64,000 nucleotides of DNA from contig NC_089434.1 in NCBI RefSeq assembly GCF_026210795.1, positions 3,472,001 to 3,536,000 of the forward strand. The letters are read 5' to 3'. Shown one piece after another: positions 1 to 13,449 of this stretch (its first letter is position 1; every line of letters begins with the position of its first letter). The DNA is from Rhizophagus irregularis (taxonomy: Eukaryota). The notes beneath the pieces are model-generated. The model was not told the origin of the DNA and ran no database searches. It was given only the letters and a program-made list of their open reading frames with translations. The position numbers were made by a program, and so were the translations under genes.

Positions 1-18
1 ATAATCCTTATTATACTG

Positions 19-3000
19 TATCACAATGTCGATCATTTTGTCGATCATTTATATTTTGATAACTTTGAATTACGCATTTTATTGGCTAGTTTTGAAATGA
101 CTTTAATTTAGCCGTATCACAGTATTTTAGCCACATTATTTACTTTTCAGATTGTTGTTAAACGGTTCGCAAAATAATTTAATAATTTAGAAGTTATAAG
201 TATACCAAAATTCTTAGTAGAAAAACAAAATATAGTGATTTTAATATTGCTTTATTCATTTTTAATACAGAAACTTATTTGACTGAAAGTTTAGATTTTA
301 AGAAATTAATTCAAAGGTATTTAAATGTATATTTTATTAAAATTTTTGTTTTTTTTTATATATTATTTAACATTAATTAACATTTAAAAATACATAGAAA
401 TGTCTAAAACTAGCAAATGTTCGTTGAGAAGTATTACAGCTTCTGTTTGTGATGACGTTACCAATGGTACAGTTCTTGTTACAGATAGAGTCAAGATTCC
501 AGAGACTAATCTTGATATGAATTTGGTTGGGAAAGAATTATGCCGTCGTCACTATAACAAGCTAATAGTGAATGAAAAACATCGCTTAATGAAAGCACAA
601 CGATGTGCTTATCCAAAACATGAGGACACAAAAAATAGTAAAAGAGGAAGACCACGAAAAAATTTTCTTAGAAAAATTCCACGGCGACTTTTACCTATTT
701 TAAATCTCTCTCCCGATTCTCTTATTTGTAATCCGTGTCTTAATAATATAGATCGTGATGAAGAAATTCAACAATCTCTTAATTATCGACCACCAATTCG
801 AAAGATCTCAAATTCAAATACAAACCCTGAATATTCATATATTTTCCGTAATGATCTTTTGTATTCACTCAAAGAATTTAAGGAATTAGAGACTGCATAT
901 AATGAAGTATGTGAAGAACTTGATCTAACTAAATTAAGTATGTAATGAATTTTTTACATTTTGTTTGATTTTGTTTGTTTTTTCAATAATAACAACAAAT
1001 GACCTTATTTTATTTTATATTTTAATGAAATTTATTTTATTTTAGCTTCTATTGTATCTTTTAGTGAAAAAATTCATTTGATGTCTAATGTTTTGTATAA
1101 GAAACAACGCAAAGATGAAGAAAAGCCAATTTATGATCCTGACGAATTCAAAAAAATTCTGGAAGAAGAGGAGCCAAAATTGCAAGGATTTTTTGATGAA
1201 CTTGTTGCTAGCACAAATCCTGAGAAGAAAAGTCCTATAACTAATCAAACAAATAGAAAAAAACTTGTTGCGATGTGTCACTTTTTGGCCAGTATTAATA
1301 ACAAATTTATTAATGGTGTAAAAACAGAAGTAGGATTTTTATTGAGTGCATCAGGGACTTCTGCGTCAGCAATAGAAATTTTAGCAAATGCTGGACTTAC
1401 AATTAGAAGGGAAACTATTCAAAGACCAGAGCATCAATTAGCTAGATCACATGAAAGAACTGTCAAAGATTATATTATTGAAAATGTAATTTTTGTATAT
1501 ATTTTATAAATATATAGAAAATTTTACGTTGTAGTAAACAATGTTTTTTTTCGTATACTGTTTATATATTATTAGATATATTAAAAAAATTTTTTAATTG
1601 TCTTTAATATTGACGATTATCATAATATATATACTATACGATATCATTTTATTACAATACTTATGAAAGCATCTACTCAAGTCTCTGCAATTCTATTTAA
1701 TATTAACGATCATCTTATAGTTTAAAATCCAAAAGTGTTGATTCTAGCAATATAATTATTCAACTTGAATGCGATATTGTACATTGTATGATTAATGAAG
1801 AATAATCTGGATCTTGCATTTAGGTGGTGGCTTTAATTAAAGAATCTATTCAAGGTCTTTTTAATAATTATAAAGATCTTGCGGCACGTATGTTTATTGA
1901 CCTTTTGGACAATACAGTTCCATTGGTTTTGGATTTCTATTCAATAATTTTTGTAGTGGATGTTGGGAAGCATCTGAAGAAGCAATGTTGCGTATATGGT
2001 CTATTTTTTATCGATAAATTACAACAAATTCTCATTGTCATTTCTTAGTGACGTCTTTTATCCAATTGCTGAAATGCTTAAGCATATCGTTAATGATTAT
2101 TATGTAGAGAATTTTTACAGTTCTGTACGATGTCAGATAACTAATATTTTATCATGTGATCATGATGATCATGCAAAACGTCTTGTTTCAATGTAAACCA
2201 AACATGTCCACACTACTATAAATATCTTCATGATGGTGTTAAGTGTCAATGCAAGGTGTTTTAAAATACATTAAGCAAAGCATTTGATCATTTTGATGAT
2301 AATGTTGATGAAGAAGATGGTGAAGACTTAGAAGATCAGGATTCAGGAAGATTCGCAGGAAAATAATGTTGATGAGATAATTTCTATGGAAGAAGATATA
2401 GACAAAAAATTAGAAGAAGCATTAAGGTTATGTCAGTAATGGAATTTGGATTTGATTGATTAATTATTTACTAATTATTATTTTTTACAGAACATATGTA
2501 TGAATTTATTTGTTGATTTCAGTTTAATTTAAAACATTTTATGCATTTTTTTAAATTAGTATTTGTTTCATAATTGTTTAATGCATGTATTATAAAAATG
2601 TTCGTCACGTCACTTGAAATTAACTTACTATCATCATGTACTTTAATTACAATCGAACAAACTGAAGTCGCACTGCACGAGTATATGATAATAGTAATTT
2701 TATTTATAAAATAATATAACTAAATAAAATAGTAACCATATTAAAAGACTTCTATTTTATTTAAAATTTTAAAATAAATGAATCGAAATATTACTATAAA
2801 TAAATCGAAACATTATTCGCTAATTTGCAAAGGTTCAAAATATGATCAAGTGTTAATAAATCGCATAAATTGTAATTATATTAAACTAAAGGATTACTTA
2901 TTTACGAAAGTTATATAATAATAATTTGCTTTTGATAAATTTAATATTCAAAACCAAAAATTAGCAAAATTTGAACAGAATTTTTAAATTAGCGTTTGAC

Positions 3001-3050
3001 GTTAATGTGATTGTGATAAAATCGACAAAATGATCGACATTTATGTGATA
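19..3050 (+). mobile_element. Decayed TIR DNA transposon (~3 kb) carrying a transposase-like gene
   Basis: 25-45 AATGTCGATCATTTTGTCGAT is the exact reverse complement of 3021-3041. Both copies are flanked outward by TATCAC/GTGATA, with a small indel. No TSD is visible. Confidence 0.65.
400..2440 (+). pseudogene. Intron-containing transposase-like gene (DUF6589/Academ-like motifs, tentative), 3' half decayed
   Basis: Exon 400-937 (Cys/His-rich, AT-hook-like KRGRPRK) splices in frame via a GTATGT..TTTAG intron to exon 1046-1485 (SGTSASAIEILANAGLTI). Broken segments follow: IVFNIDDYHNI, LLDNTVPLVLDFY, NYNK and DYYVENFYSSVR, with frameshifts. The gene lies between the TIRs. Confidence 0.6.
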
Positions 3051-3427
3051 AAATAAGAAAGTCCGTATCTGAAGGTTTAGCCGTTCGTGGACAAAAAAAA
3101 TCACACTTCGCCGTAAGAAAGAAGAAAAGGAGTCTGATTTTCCCAAAGAACTTGTAAAACTATAAGTCTATACCGTACTATATATTATTTGTAAAGGATT
3201 AACAAAGGACATACTCAACTTGCTGGAGAAATGTTTCCTGGAATTAAGCATATGCATACTATAATTTATACGAAGGATATAGATCAAGAAATCAAGATGG
3301 TTTCAATGAAGAACGTTTGATAATTGGTATATGAGAATTATGGCATATCCCGTTTGCTAGGAAATATGGGAGTACATGTTGAATATTTTATCTATATATT
3401 TTTTTTAGAATAAAAATGACTCATTTA

Positions 3428-3591
3428 GGGCAGTTAGCTAATATTATTTTAATAGTAACGTTTACTCCCCCACCCCCAGGTAAGATTTTATGACCAATCA
3501 CAACCATTTCACATGGTTTATATTATGAGTAACCTAAGATTTTCTTTTACTCCCCCACCCCTAAAATATTAGCTAATATATGTCATTGCCC
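3428..3591. mobile_element. PIF/Harbinger-type MITE
   Basis: GGGCA...TGCCC ends, inverted subterminal TTAGCTAATATT, TTA on both flanks (3425-3427, 3592-3594), and an internal direct repeat TTTACTCCCCCACCCC. Confidence 0.6.
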
Positions 3592-4732
3592 TTATTATGT
3601 CTAAAGGAATTTTCAGATTTCTGTAATATTTGGATATTTTAATATTTTTTATCCCTTCTCAATACATCAAATTATCTGTTATATTAAAACACTGTACAAC
3701 GTTAATAAATTAGCTCCATTGCATAATACTGTATATTTTTGTTAGTGTTATTTTCAGAGGAATAACGAGTAGAACACACTTTTTTTTTATTTAAGGGTGC
3801 GATAAAATTTTGTGAGGTAATATTTTTTTGTAAAATTTCCAATTTATGTTATTATCACATTTTTCTTCTATCAATACTTGCGTCTTATAAAGAGATAAAC
3901 AATTTTTTTCCTTTTTTTTTCTTTCTTTGAAGTTTAAATTAATCACTTATTCTTTTCTTTTGAAGATTGAGTTTATAATTAAAAATTTTTTTTCATTATT
4001 ATATAACAAATAACCTTTTTTAAATGTACTCACTGTACGTCCGTGTGTTTTTTATTATAGTAATAGTTTCTTTCATAGAATTCTTCACATAATTTAAAAT
4101 ATACATTCCTTTTTTTAAAAATTAGAAATGTTTGTATAGGATTTATTGATGATGAAGATAAAGATTTTTATTTTATTTTATTTTATTTTTTTTATTTTAG
4201 AAAAAAAAATTGTAATTTTTCTTGCTTAGTTCTATTTTTTTTTCCCTTTGAGGCGAATGAAGTTTAAAGTTTTCTTTTTTTTAAAAAAAAAATGCCACAT
4301 TTTCTAAATCGAAAGCAATACGCTAAAAAATTTTTTTTTGTTAATATGAAATATGAATGTATTAAGCTTTTTTTACTTTTTGATTATCTATCCATTTAAA
4401 TTGAATCCCGCGTGCATATTCTTTTACTTTAAACCATTTTAATGTAAGCTGTTTTTTCCTTTAAAACTTTTTAATCTAAGTTGTTTAAATAAATTTTATT
4501 AATATATTTATCTAGATGAACGATACCCATATCATATATGACGAAAATGATAATGAACCCAGTGATATTGCCAATGAACTTGAAATGAAAATATCCAGGA
4601 AGAAGCTTTGGATTCCTGAAAAGAATGTAGAGTACAGTAAATTATCTTAGAGAATGATATTAATATGAGAGAGTACGTGATATTATTATTGTACGATATT
4701 AAGGTTAAGATCATGCATGGTGTTATTATCAA

Positions 4733-5282
4733 GGGTCAGTTCGTGGTGCTATTATTGCATTAGGGTTAGGACCAGTGCGTGACGTTATTATTGCATTAGG
4801 GTTAGGGGCAGGAATCAGGATATTTGGTTTATGGGTTAGGTAAAAGTATAAATGAGGAAATTAGGGTAAAAATTGGCAAAATTAATAAAATTTATAGAAT
4901 TAAAAATTTACATAATCGCAAAATCATGTGATAGGATATATATAAAATATGATTTTCACGGAGAATAAAATAAAGTAAATAAACAAATGATCCCTCACCC
5001 TGTTTACCGACAATCATTTCACGGACAGGATCATTTCAACGATAATCAATTACCGACAATTAATCTCTGTTTCACCGACAATCATTTCACCAACAATTAT
5101 CTCGACAATCATTTCACAGACAGGATCATTTCACATATTTATATATATATACCGACAGTTTTGAAATCCTAATCCACTTACCCTAACCTAATACTAGCCT
5201 AATCCCAATCCTAGCCCTAACTTTACTGTAATCCTAAATTCATTTGTCGGTGAAATGATTGTCGGTGAAATGAATGCGACCC
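4733..5282. repeat. Degenerate telomere-like repeats plus a CCGACAATCATTTCA repeat array; probable non-autonomous element remnant
   Basis: TTAGGG at 4760, 4796, 4802 and 4861; CCCTAA at 5181 and 5215. Several GACAATCATTTCAC copies at 5010-5135 are inverted relative to GTCGGTGAAATGATTGTCGGTGAAATGA at 5246-5273. Confidence 0.55.
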
Positions 5283-5390
5283 ATATGTATATGATTTTTG
5301 ATATACAAATTTAAATAAATCACATAAAAGAAACTAATGGAAACTTTTTGTTAAAGAAGTTTCTTAAAAAAGTTTGAAAGAAAGAAGTAT

Positions 5391-5598
5391 TAGCCCTGTT
5401 CAAAATCGTTCGGTCGCATTTTTTGGTCGGTTGTGGTTTAATTAGTTTGATTGGCCGAATCTGCTTGCATTTGTTTGCGCGACCGATCTTTTAGACCAAT
5501 ATTTTTTTAGGTTTTTTGGATCGAACTTTTTCTACCAATAAGATTGCTTTATTCCTGACTGATCAAAAAATGCAACCGAACGATTTTGAACAGGGCTA
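5391..5598. mobile_element. MITE with ~38-bp TIRs
   Basis: TAGCCCTGTTCAAAATCGTTCGGTCGCATTTTTTG at the left end and CAAAAAATGCAACCGAACGATTTTGAACAGGGCTA at the right end. The TSD is ambiguous (TA or ATT). Confidence 0.85.
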
Positions 5599-6581
5599 TT
5601 GAAACTTCTACCGCACTTTCAAAAAGAAAAAAAAAAATTGAAATATAAAATTCACCAAAACAGGAAAAAAAAGTTTAAACCATAATTTTGAGCATGATTC
5701 TAAAAGTTTAAATAGTATGCGTAGAGATTAGACAATGATAGCTAGCAATTAACTTTTCACATTATGTGTGCCACATATATTAAAAGATTTTAATTTTTTT
5801 ATCAGCGTATGTACCACAATAATTTTCCGTTTTCGAAGTTTTTAGCGCGATTCAAGTAAGAATGGTCGAGATGATTCTCTTTTAAATGTTAAGCTTTATA
5901 AAGTTAAAGTCACAATAATAATATGATTACTATTAAATATTATGAGAAAATCAATCCGTAATATATGTTAAGATTATTATTATTGAGCATCGAATGAATA
6001 TAAAATGTGAATCTGCTTTTCTAAATTATAAATAAAAATTATTTACTTTATTTTATTTATCGCCATTTTCAAAATGTTGTACGCAGTTATATTTGAATAA
6101 GAAAAAAAGACCCGAATACCGGACAAATACCGGACAAAATATGGATGAAAACCAAACGAATATTGGTATCGAATATACCTATCACAAATAAACTTATCCA
6201 CACACCATTTGCGATAACTTATTTTAGTTTATTTTATTTTAATAAATAACTAGATTAATTTACGTCAATGATAGAAATAAATTCGCTTGGCCGTATTTTA
6301 ATATCTAGTTATATAGATAGATAAATGAATTGGTTTTTAATTTATTTATTTTTTAAATCATTTCATAAACTCAAAAAAAAAAATAACGAAATTTCATCAT
6401 ATCAAGATAACTATGAAAATTCTACTTTTGACGAAAAAAATCTCTCAAAACCATTGTTAAGTGTGTTAAATAATAAATAGAAATATATAATAAATATATA
6501 TTAAATAGAAATATATAATAGGAATTAGAAACAGATTTAATTGGTTCACATCTTCAACATACTTAATAGCCAAATAAACGA

Positions 6582-7012
6582 TTAACAAGTTACTTGGTCA
6601 AATTTCCAATTGTCAACATCGCCATGTATATGAAAACAGGTATCTCCAGTAAAAGGTCCTCGTTTTTTCGTTTCCTCGAAACTAGCTAAAACTTTAGCAT
6701 AAACCGTGTACGTTTGATTAGGGAAACTAAGGATTCTATGAAAATTCGAGCCATAGGAATTGTAACTACAATCATGGTAGCCTTTGCCACCAGATATGCG
6801 TTTACCATTTGAATCCTCTGCCCAAATTCTACAACTGCAAAGAGTCAAATCCAAATTTGTGTCGGAAGTATATGCTATACATTAAACCAAAAAGTCGAAT
6901 TATTAGAAAAGAGAATGGAGAACATACTGAATTTAAGAACTTTACCTTTAATGTCCATTATATAGAAACACATGAAAATGACAGTAAGGAGGTAAAAGCT
7001 TTGAAATTTCAT
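6582..7012 (-). CDS. Small secreted Cys-containing protein, 119 aa, 2 exons (7012-6946, 6874-6582); candidate effector
   Basis: Exon 1 encodes a signal-peptide-like MKFQSFYLLTVIFMCFYIMDIKA. A GTAAAG..TATAG phase-1 intron joins it in frame to ORF 6582-6854 (LCSCRIWAED...KRGPFTGDTCFHIHG...QVTC). Confidence 0.85.
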
Positions 7013-8376
7013 ATTGGTGGTCTAATAACTCTTTCAGTTGGTTGATAGATCTGGAGGAGCAATAGTTTGGGTAGTTGTAGTAGAAACGGAAGTTGAATGC
7101 TTTAATGCTTCAATTTGAAAGTTTAAAGTTTTAATCTCTGCTTCTTTTTCTAAGCGTAAGTGCGTGGTTTAACTGACTAGTTAAGTTAGCGGTGCTAGAT
7201 TTATGATACTACGTTTTGTTATTTTATGATGACGATTCTGTAAAAACAAAATTTTCGTGGCCATGGTAAAGTTATATATAATTTCAAACCTAGATTTTCA
7301 ATGATTCTCTGCCAGAGCTATGTCATGGCTTGACTCGCTTTGTTCGTTTAAATCAGTCTATAATTGACAAAAAAATTCGCACATCCCAATAAAAGGAGTA
7401 TTAGCGTTTTTTTTTAAAAAAAATATATTCATTCTCTTTTTTATTCTATCTTATTTTATTCATTTTGTCTTTATTATTATTTATTTTTATCTTCGGAATT
7501 AATAACCTAATATAACGAAATTTATCGAATTACCGCCTCCTATTTCTTAAAAAAAAAGAAAGAAAAAAAAAGGATCGACTTTTTTTACAGGGTCAACTTT
7601 GTCACATGGAAAAATAAGAATACTAAAAATAAAATTTCTCTTATCCATTAAAACGTTTCTTATTACTATCAAAATTCTTTTATACTCATTTAAATGATAC
7701 GATACTCTGGTCAGTACGATTTACTGACAGGTACGATTTACTGATTGCATTTTACACGACATGAAAATTACTTTAATAGTTCTTTACTGCATTTAATTTC
7801 AAATTATTCGATTACAATTAAGAAACATTCCCACAAGTATGCATATTTCACTTCGTGATTTCGAAGTTAGTTTTTTTTGTGAATTTTTAGTTTCCCATTT
7901 GGATCCGAGAAATTCTTTTGTAAAAACATATATTAGCTCTATTTTTCGTCTCCTTTTATGCTTTGATTACAAATCATGAAATAAAATGACCGTGACTTGT
8001 CGTTGTTAAACATTTATTGAGCTGCAGTATATATTACATCAAAGTATCGATATTCTAGTGTTATCAAAAAAAAATACGAAACGAAAATGGAAAAATTAAT
8101 TAGGTATGATATTTTCTATTTATATATTCGTTAAAGATTTCATTATCCGATCACTATTTAAATTCTGTACTAAAATTCAATTTTTATTATTTGTCCTTCC
8201 ATAAGGTGATCGATTATAGTAGTCTGGTCACTTCTTGAGATTACCATGTTCGAGACTTTGAGCCCCATATTGTCGATCAGGACTCAAATGATTGATCCTC
8301 TGATCCACGGAGAATATAATTGCCATGTTACAACACGATTTACGGTTTACACCTACCATCAACAAATGAAAATATA

Positions 8377-8813
8377 CAGTTCACCCTCGCTATAGTGAAT
8401 CCCTCGGGCTGGAGATTAAAATCATATATTTTCTTATTTTTTATTGACTAAAAAATAGTAGGACCAATTGATATAGCAAAAAACCTGACATTCTTCTTTG
8501 TAATCATAAAAGTCTAACTCATTAAAATATGAATTTTTAACATTGTAAAAATTTTGCGTATAAGTATCATGTGATAAAAATTTATTAATGATCTGTGTAA
8601 CTCCTTAAAAAATTCGCTATAGTGAAAATCTTCACTATAGCTAGGTCATTTTGTTCGGACATTTAAATTCGAATTACAAAGTACAAAGATTTTAATATAA
8701 AAATTCACTATATCAAAAATTATTGATTATAAAAAAATCTGTATTGGAGCTTTTCTTTATTATAGCAAGTTATTCACTATACAAAAATTCGTTGTAGTAT
8801 AAAGGGTGAACTG
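8377..8813. mobile_element. Tc1/mariner-pogo (Tigger-like) MITE
   Basis: TA|CAGTTCACCCT ... AGGGTGAACTG|TA, with repeated internal TTC(G/A)CTATA(G) motifs. Confidence 0.85.
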
Positions 8814-10234
8814 TAATCTGTTAATGAGCAAAATATAACTACATTACTACATTACGAAGAAATCACTTTTTTATTGATAACCGGATTTTCATCATATTTC
8901 TAAGGAATATGGTGTATATTTCGTTAGCTGTTGTTAATCCGAAATAAATAATCCCGAACGCATTTATCAAAACCAATCTATTTTTGTACATTGTGTACCA
9001 CTTGTGTACCTTAGATTGATTGTTACAATTGAAGATATTTTAGCTGCATAAATTTTATACCACCGGGTAGTGGCTTTACTTAAATGGAAAAAGAACCGAA
9101 AAACAAATATTGTGCTTAGTATATTTTTTCCTTATCTAGAATAACCATCTTGACCTCTTATAAATGTATCCAAATCCTGAAAACATTTTTACCATAATAA
9201 AATATGTTCCGGGTAACGACTAGAAGTCTTGCCAAAAACGGGTTAAAAAAGTGATAACAGTTAGGCTGTTAGAGCATTCAAAAATTTGTATGAGAAAACT
9301 AAACTGCATTGTTAAAGGAGCTTCTAGATATAATATATATATGTTCTCGATTGAAATACATCTATGTATATTTAGTTTATAATTTATGCAGTTCAATATA
9401 AATTTTTTTTTCGATTTGATCAATTGAATTTTAAATTCTTGTTTGCTGTGATTTTAACTATTTATTATGTTTATTATGTTTATATACTGTAAACTAGATC
9501 CATTATCTAGTCATAATAATTTTTTTATATCTACGTAATTTTATAATAAAAATGTCAAATTGCCTTTTTTAACAAAATCTATAAAATTAAGTTTGAAAAT
9601 ATTTGGATTTTCAAAAACAAACATTTTATGCGCATATAAGCACGTTGTATGTCTCTTGATAATAATTTACTTTTTGATGTACTTCGTTCAAATTCCAATG
9701 TAGTCCGACTCATTAAATAGTCACCCGAAGAATAACCAATTTGTTAGTGTAAAGAAACAAAGAAATTTCCCAAAAAACGTTAATAGTAATATTATAAAAA
9801 GAATAAAACTTTGCTAAGCCTCAGTTATGCGATTTAAACCTATGCACATCAAATATTTGTTCATGTCATATACAAATCGTATATATGAAGTATATATATG
9901 GTTAAAATTTATGCATATACTTTCTTTGAATGACCGTATTTGAAGTATTAAACGTCATATGATTAGCGAATAAGAAAAGAACGGGCAACATTATTATAAA
10001 TTACCACTCATCCTAAGTTTCATTCGATCTTATGTGAGAAACTATACATATGATTCTATGTACTAGCATGCACAGGACACTGCGATTTAACCTAACATAT
10101 TCCCGGTCTTATATTTGTTTTGTTCTAAATGTTTTTCATTTTCGTAACTTTTCAATAATCAACTAAAGGATTTTTAATGCTGATTAAGAATTAGTTAAGT
10201 TGAATTAGAGTTAGGCGTGGGATAAGAGATTAGA

Positions 10235-10341
10235 CCCTATAAAAAATTTTCAGAAAAATGATCACGTGTCTGAGTTTCTTCGGAATAAAAACTAGAAAAA
10301 TGATAATTTATCGGAGTTTTTTCCGGAATTTTTTTATAGGA
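10235..10341. mobile_element. MITE with CCCTATAAAAAAT termini, inserted in a degenerate TTAGGG-like tract
   Basis: CCCTATAAAAAATTTTCAGAAAAA / TTTTCCGGAATTTTTTTATAGGA. Same termini as the element at 49402-49599. Confidence 0.65.
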
Positions 10342-10544
10342 AGAATCAGGGCGTAGAATTAGTGTAGGATTAGAGTTCACGTAGGATTAGGGTTATTGGA
10401 AAATGTTGGTAAGTTGGTTAGACAAAAAAAACCGAATCTTCTTTATAATGAATGATTTTATTAATTTTTTTAATAAATCTTACAGGTAAGCACTATTATT
10501 TAAATTTACATTAATAAATAATTAGAATTTTCGTTTCATAAGAA

Positions 10545-10938
10545 TAGGGATTGGAACCGTCCAAAAAAACCTTAACCGGTTAAAAACCGGTTAACCAAGG
10601 GTCTTAACCGGTTAATAACCGGTTAATATTAAAAATATTTTAAAAACTTTTTTTACTGCAAATTGTACCAATTTTTGATTTTACTTGCATATTTAGTTAT
10701 AGGATGACTATATATCACTAAAATTATTATAAATAAATAGAAAAAAATTCGGCATTAAAACTTCAAGTTTAGGAACACGTGGCCGCAATTTACATATCTC
10801 TGGGCCGCATTATATAAATCTGACTAGGATTATGATAAATATAGTTTTAACCGGTTAACCGATTTTCAAAATCCTTTAACCGGTTAACCGTCTTAACCGG
10901 TTAATTAACCGGTTAACATTAACCGGTTCCAATCCCTA
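10545..10938. mobile_element. hAT-type MITE
   Basis: TIRs TAGGGATTGGAACCG / CGGTTCCAATCCCTA, a perfect 8-bp TSD CATAAGAA (10537-10544, 10939-10946), and subterminal arrays of palindromic TTAACCGGTTAA. Confidence 0.92.
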
Positions 10939-11839
10939 CATAAGAAAAGCATGATTGTATTTTTAAAATTTTATGCACCCTGCGAGTACGTCAAAACAAT
11001 GATGACATATGACCAGGTCATAAAAGCATTTCTTGTTCCCTTCAAAAAGAGACAACATATTCGAATTTTTCAAGGAAACGGAGTAGTATGTACAGTACAT
11101 AAAGCTCATCATGCACAACAGATTACTATCAATAAATCTTGTCGCATACACTAGAACTAATGTGATCACATTGCGAAGCAATACCTTGAGCGTTTTGCCG
11201 CTCAATCACGCTTTTTTATTCATTTTTTAACTCCCATGCACAAAATCCATTGATTATCCGAAAAGATGTATACAACACACCACGTTTTATTATCCTCACC
11301 TCCGAATTTGGGAATAAGAAAATAATTTCTCCCCAGTTTCGATGTCTCCTGAATTGGGGAATAAAAAAATATTTCCTCCCCTTTTCCGAATTGAGAAAAA
11401 AAATAATTTATCCCCAATCCAGAAGACATCGGGATACTGTTTTGGTATCACTTAAATGTACGTACAGGTTAAAATATACCATATTATGTGATTGAAGCGT
11501 TATTAAGACCTATCAATTTATGTGATTTATATTATTTTCATATCAGATATGCAGTTTATATATGAATGATTATGATCAATATCGATAATGCTTTATTAAA
11601 AACAAATTATATAATTCATGATGTGCGTAAACATATTTTTCTGTTGATACTTTAAAATCGGAAATTATCAAAATAATCACTAGGTACAGGTACTTTAATT
11701 GGAGAATGATAACATCATATTTTTAATTTTCAGCTTTTGAGAATTTTTTTGAGTAGCTCTACCTTGGGTAAAAGATTAGCCTCCTTGTTCACGAGATCCT
11801 ATAAGCCATATTGTTATTAGTGGCCTATAACAAATAAAG

Positions 11840-12960
11840 ATATAATTTAATCGTAATTACTTTCGGGATTGAGGTCTGCCTACCTGCACTGTGGCCATCA
11901 CCTGAAAAACATCCATGAGTTTCCCCAAGTTGTTGGGCCTTCGGGAACGTGAATTCTCCAATTAATGCCATTCTATAAATTCCAGATCCATGACATAACA
12001 TCTTCCAATATATCCTGAAAAAATATACTGGTCCCACTTACCAATGACATGTAGCCCGCAGACAATAAGATCTAACAAACAATCTTTTGATGCTCTCATT
12101 GTTTTTCTCAGAGTTATCGGATCCTGGTTTATCAGGTCTGCACGTGCTTTTGGTGGTTTTATTTCTGCATACATCAATTCGGGTAAGAACGGTGTTTGAT
12201 CCAGCAAGGCTAGGATCGAATCGTTTCTTCGTTCGAGCAGATGATCCTGACGTCCTGCTTGCCTTACGAATCAACAAACAAGTTATGCTTATTTTTTATG
12301 TTATATATTAACTTTCATATAAATATAGTTCATACCAGCCTGTAATTGTATTTTTGCCTTCGGGAAAAATGACTTAATTATAGGATCTACATAATTGTGA
12401 GAGTGTGTATCCTCAATATTGTTGTTTCTGGAAAATAAGCTTTGATAGCTGTTGGCACTAGAATACATATGATATCTCATTAGGATAAGTGCTTCAATAA
12501 TAATATGCAATTTTCATGAAACATACGAACTAGAAAGAATATTATGCATTATCTTTCTAATACTCCATCAGTCAAGTAATTTTTGAGAAAATTTTTAATC
12601 TCGGTCCGACGCTGTCGGAAGTCCTGTTGTTGGCATGCGATCTGAAAATATAATACACAAGTAATTAAACTGCCATTCATTGGAAACTTTAAATTCATAT
12701 ATTACCTTCAAAACGTCTCCGCACAAATTGAAGACACGTTCTGGAACGGATATTGAGCGTAAATTTCATATCTTGCCACAATTCGTCATCAAAATAATCT
12801 CGAAGCTCTTGTTGATTTTCTTCTTGATGGGGAATATGTAAATTAGGACTCTGTGATAGAGGGAAGAAAAGTATTGATATGTCATACTTCAACCATCTAG
12901 TAACAAACATGATACATACAGTTCTTCATTAGCACTTAAGATCTCCTTTGAATTGCATTT
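11840..12960 (-). pseudogene. Decayed gene with PD-(D/E)xK restriction-endonuclease-like motifs (Crinkler-associated REase-like, tentative)
   Basis: Colinear fragments in shifting frames: DTHSHNYVDPIIKSFFP, KRFDPSL, PELMYAEIKPPKA..DLINQD, VCGLHVIG, YRMALIGEFTFP. Confidence 0.55.
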
Positions 12961-13449
12961 CTGAATTACAGAATCTCGGTATTCCATACAAATTACAAAA
13001 AATGTCCACTTGACTAACGATCCACTGTTAAGAGATAATAAAAAGTTACGCTGATGTATGATACAAAATAGTCAACAAAGTGTGACATCTTCCTGACCTT
13101 CGCTGATGAAATCTTCTGATACCGAAAAATCAAAAGATGGAGTGTTGGGCTACTGGAATTACTGCGTAATGAACTCTCATCAAAAGTAACTGAAAGGTGA
13201 GAAGACATTTTTGTTATAGGATATATGTTATACGTCAATTTTCGTCATATGACGCTGGCCTACATTATCGGCCCAATATTATAATGCCTTAAGTGGGTTG
13301 GCCAGAATTCAGTCGTCAAATATACATTAAAAAACGACATGGTAAAGAAAACCTACTTGGTATTCCGAAGCTATTATTGTGTGAATTAATAATGGTGATT
13401 AATCTTTTGATGATTTTTTCTCCACTAAAGAGCCCGAACATAAATGTTA

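Noticed and set aside
3120..3400. Protein-like fragment RINKGHTQLAGEMFPGIKHMHTIIYTKD
   Set aside because: Short, interrupted by stops and not assignable to a family.
4987..5172. 61-aa ORF with DNHFT repeats
   Set aside because: Arises from the DNA repeat GACAATCATTTCAC, whose inverted copy lies downstream; it is a TE-type DNA repeat.
9397..9430. ~30-bp match to 30085-30116 (TTTTTTTTCGATTTGATCAATTGAATT)
   Set aside because: Too short and low in complexity to interpret; probably a fragment of a dispersed repeat.
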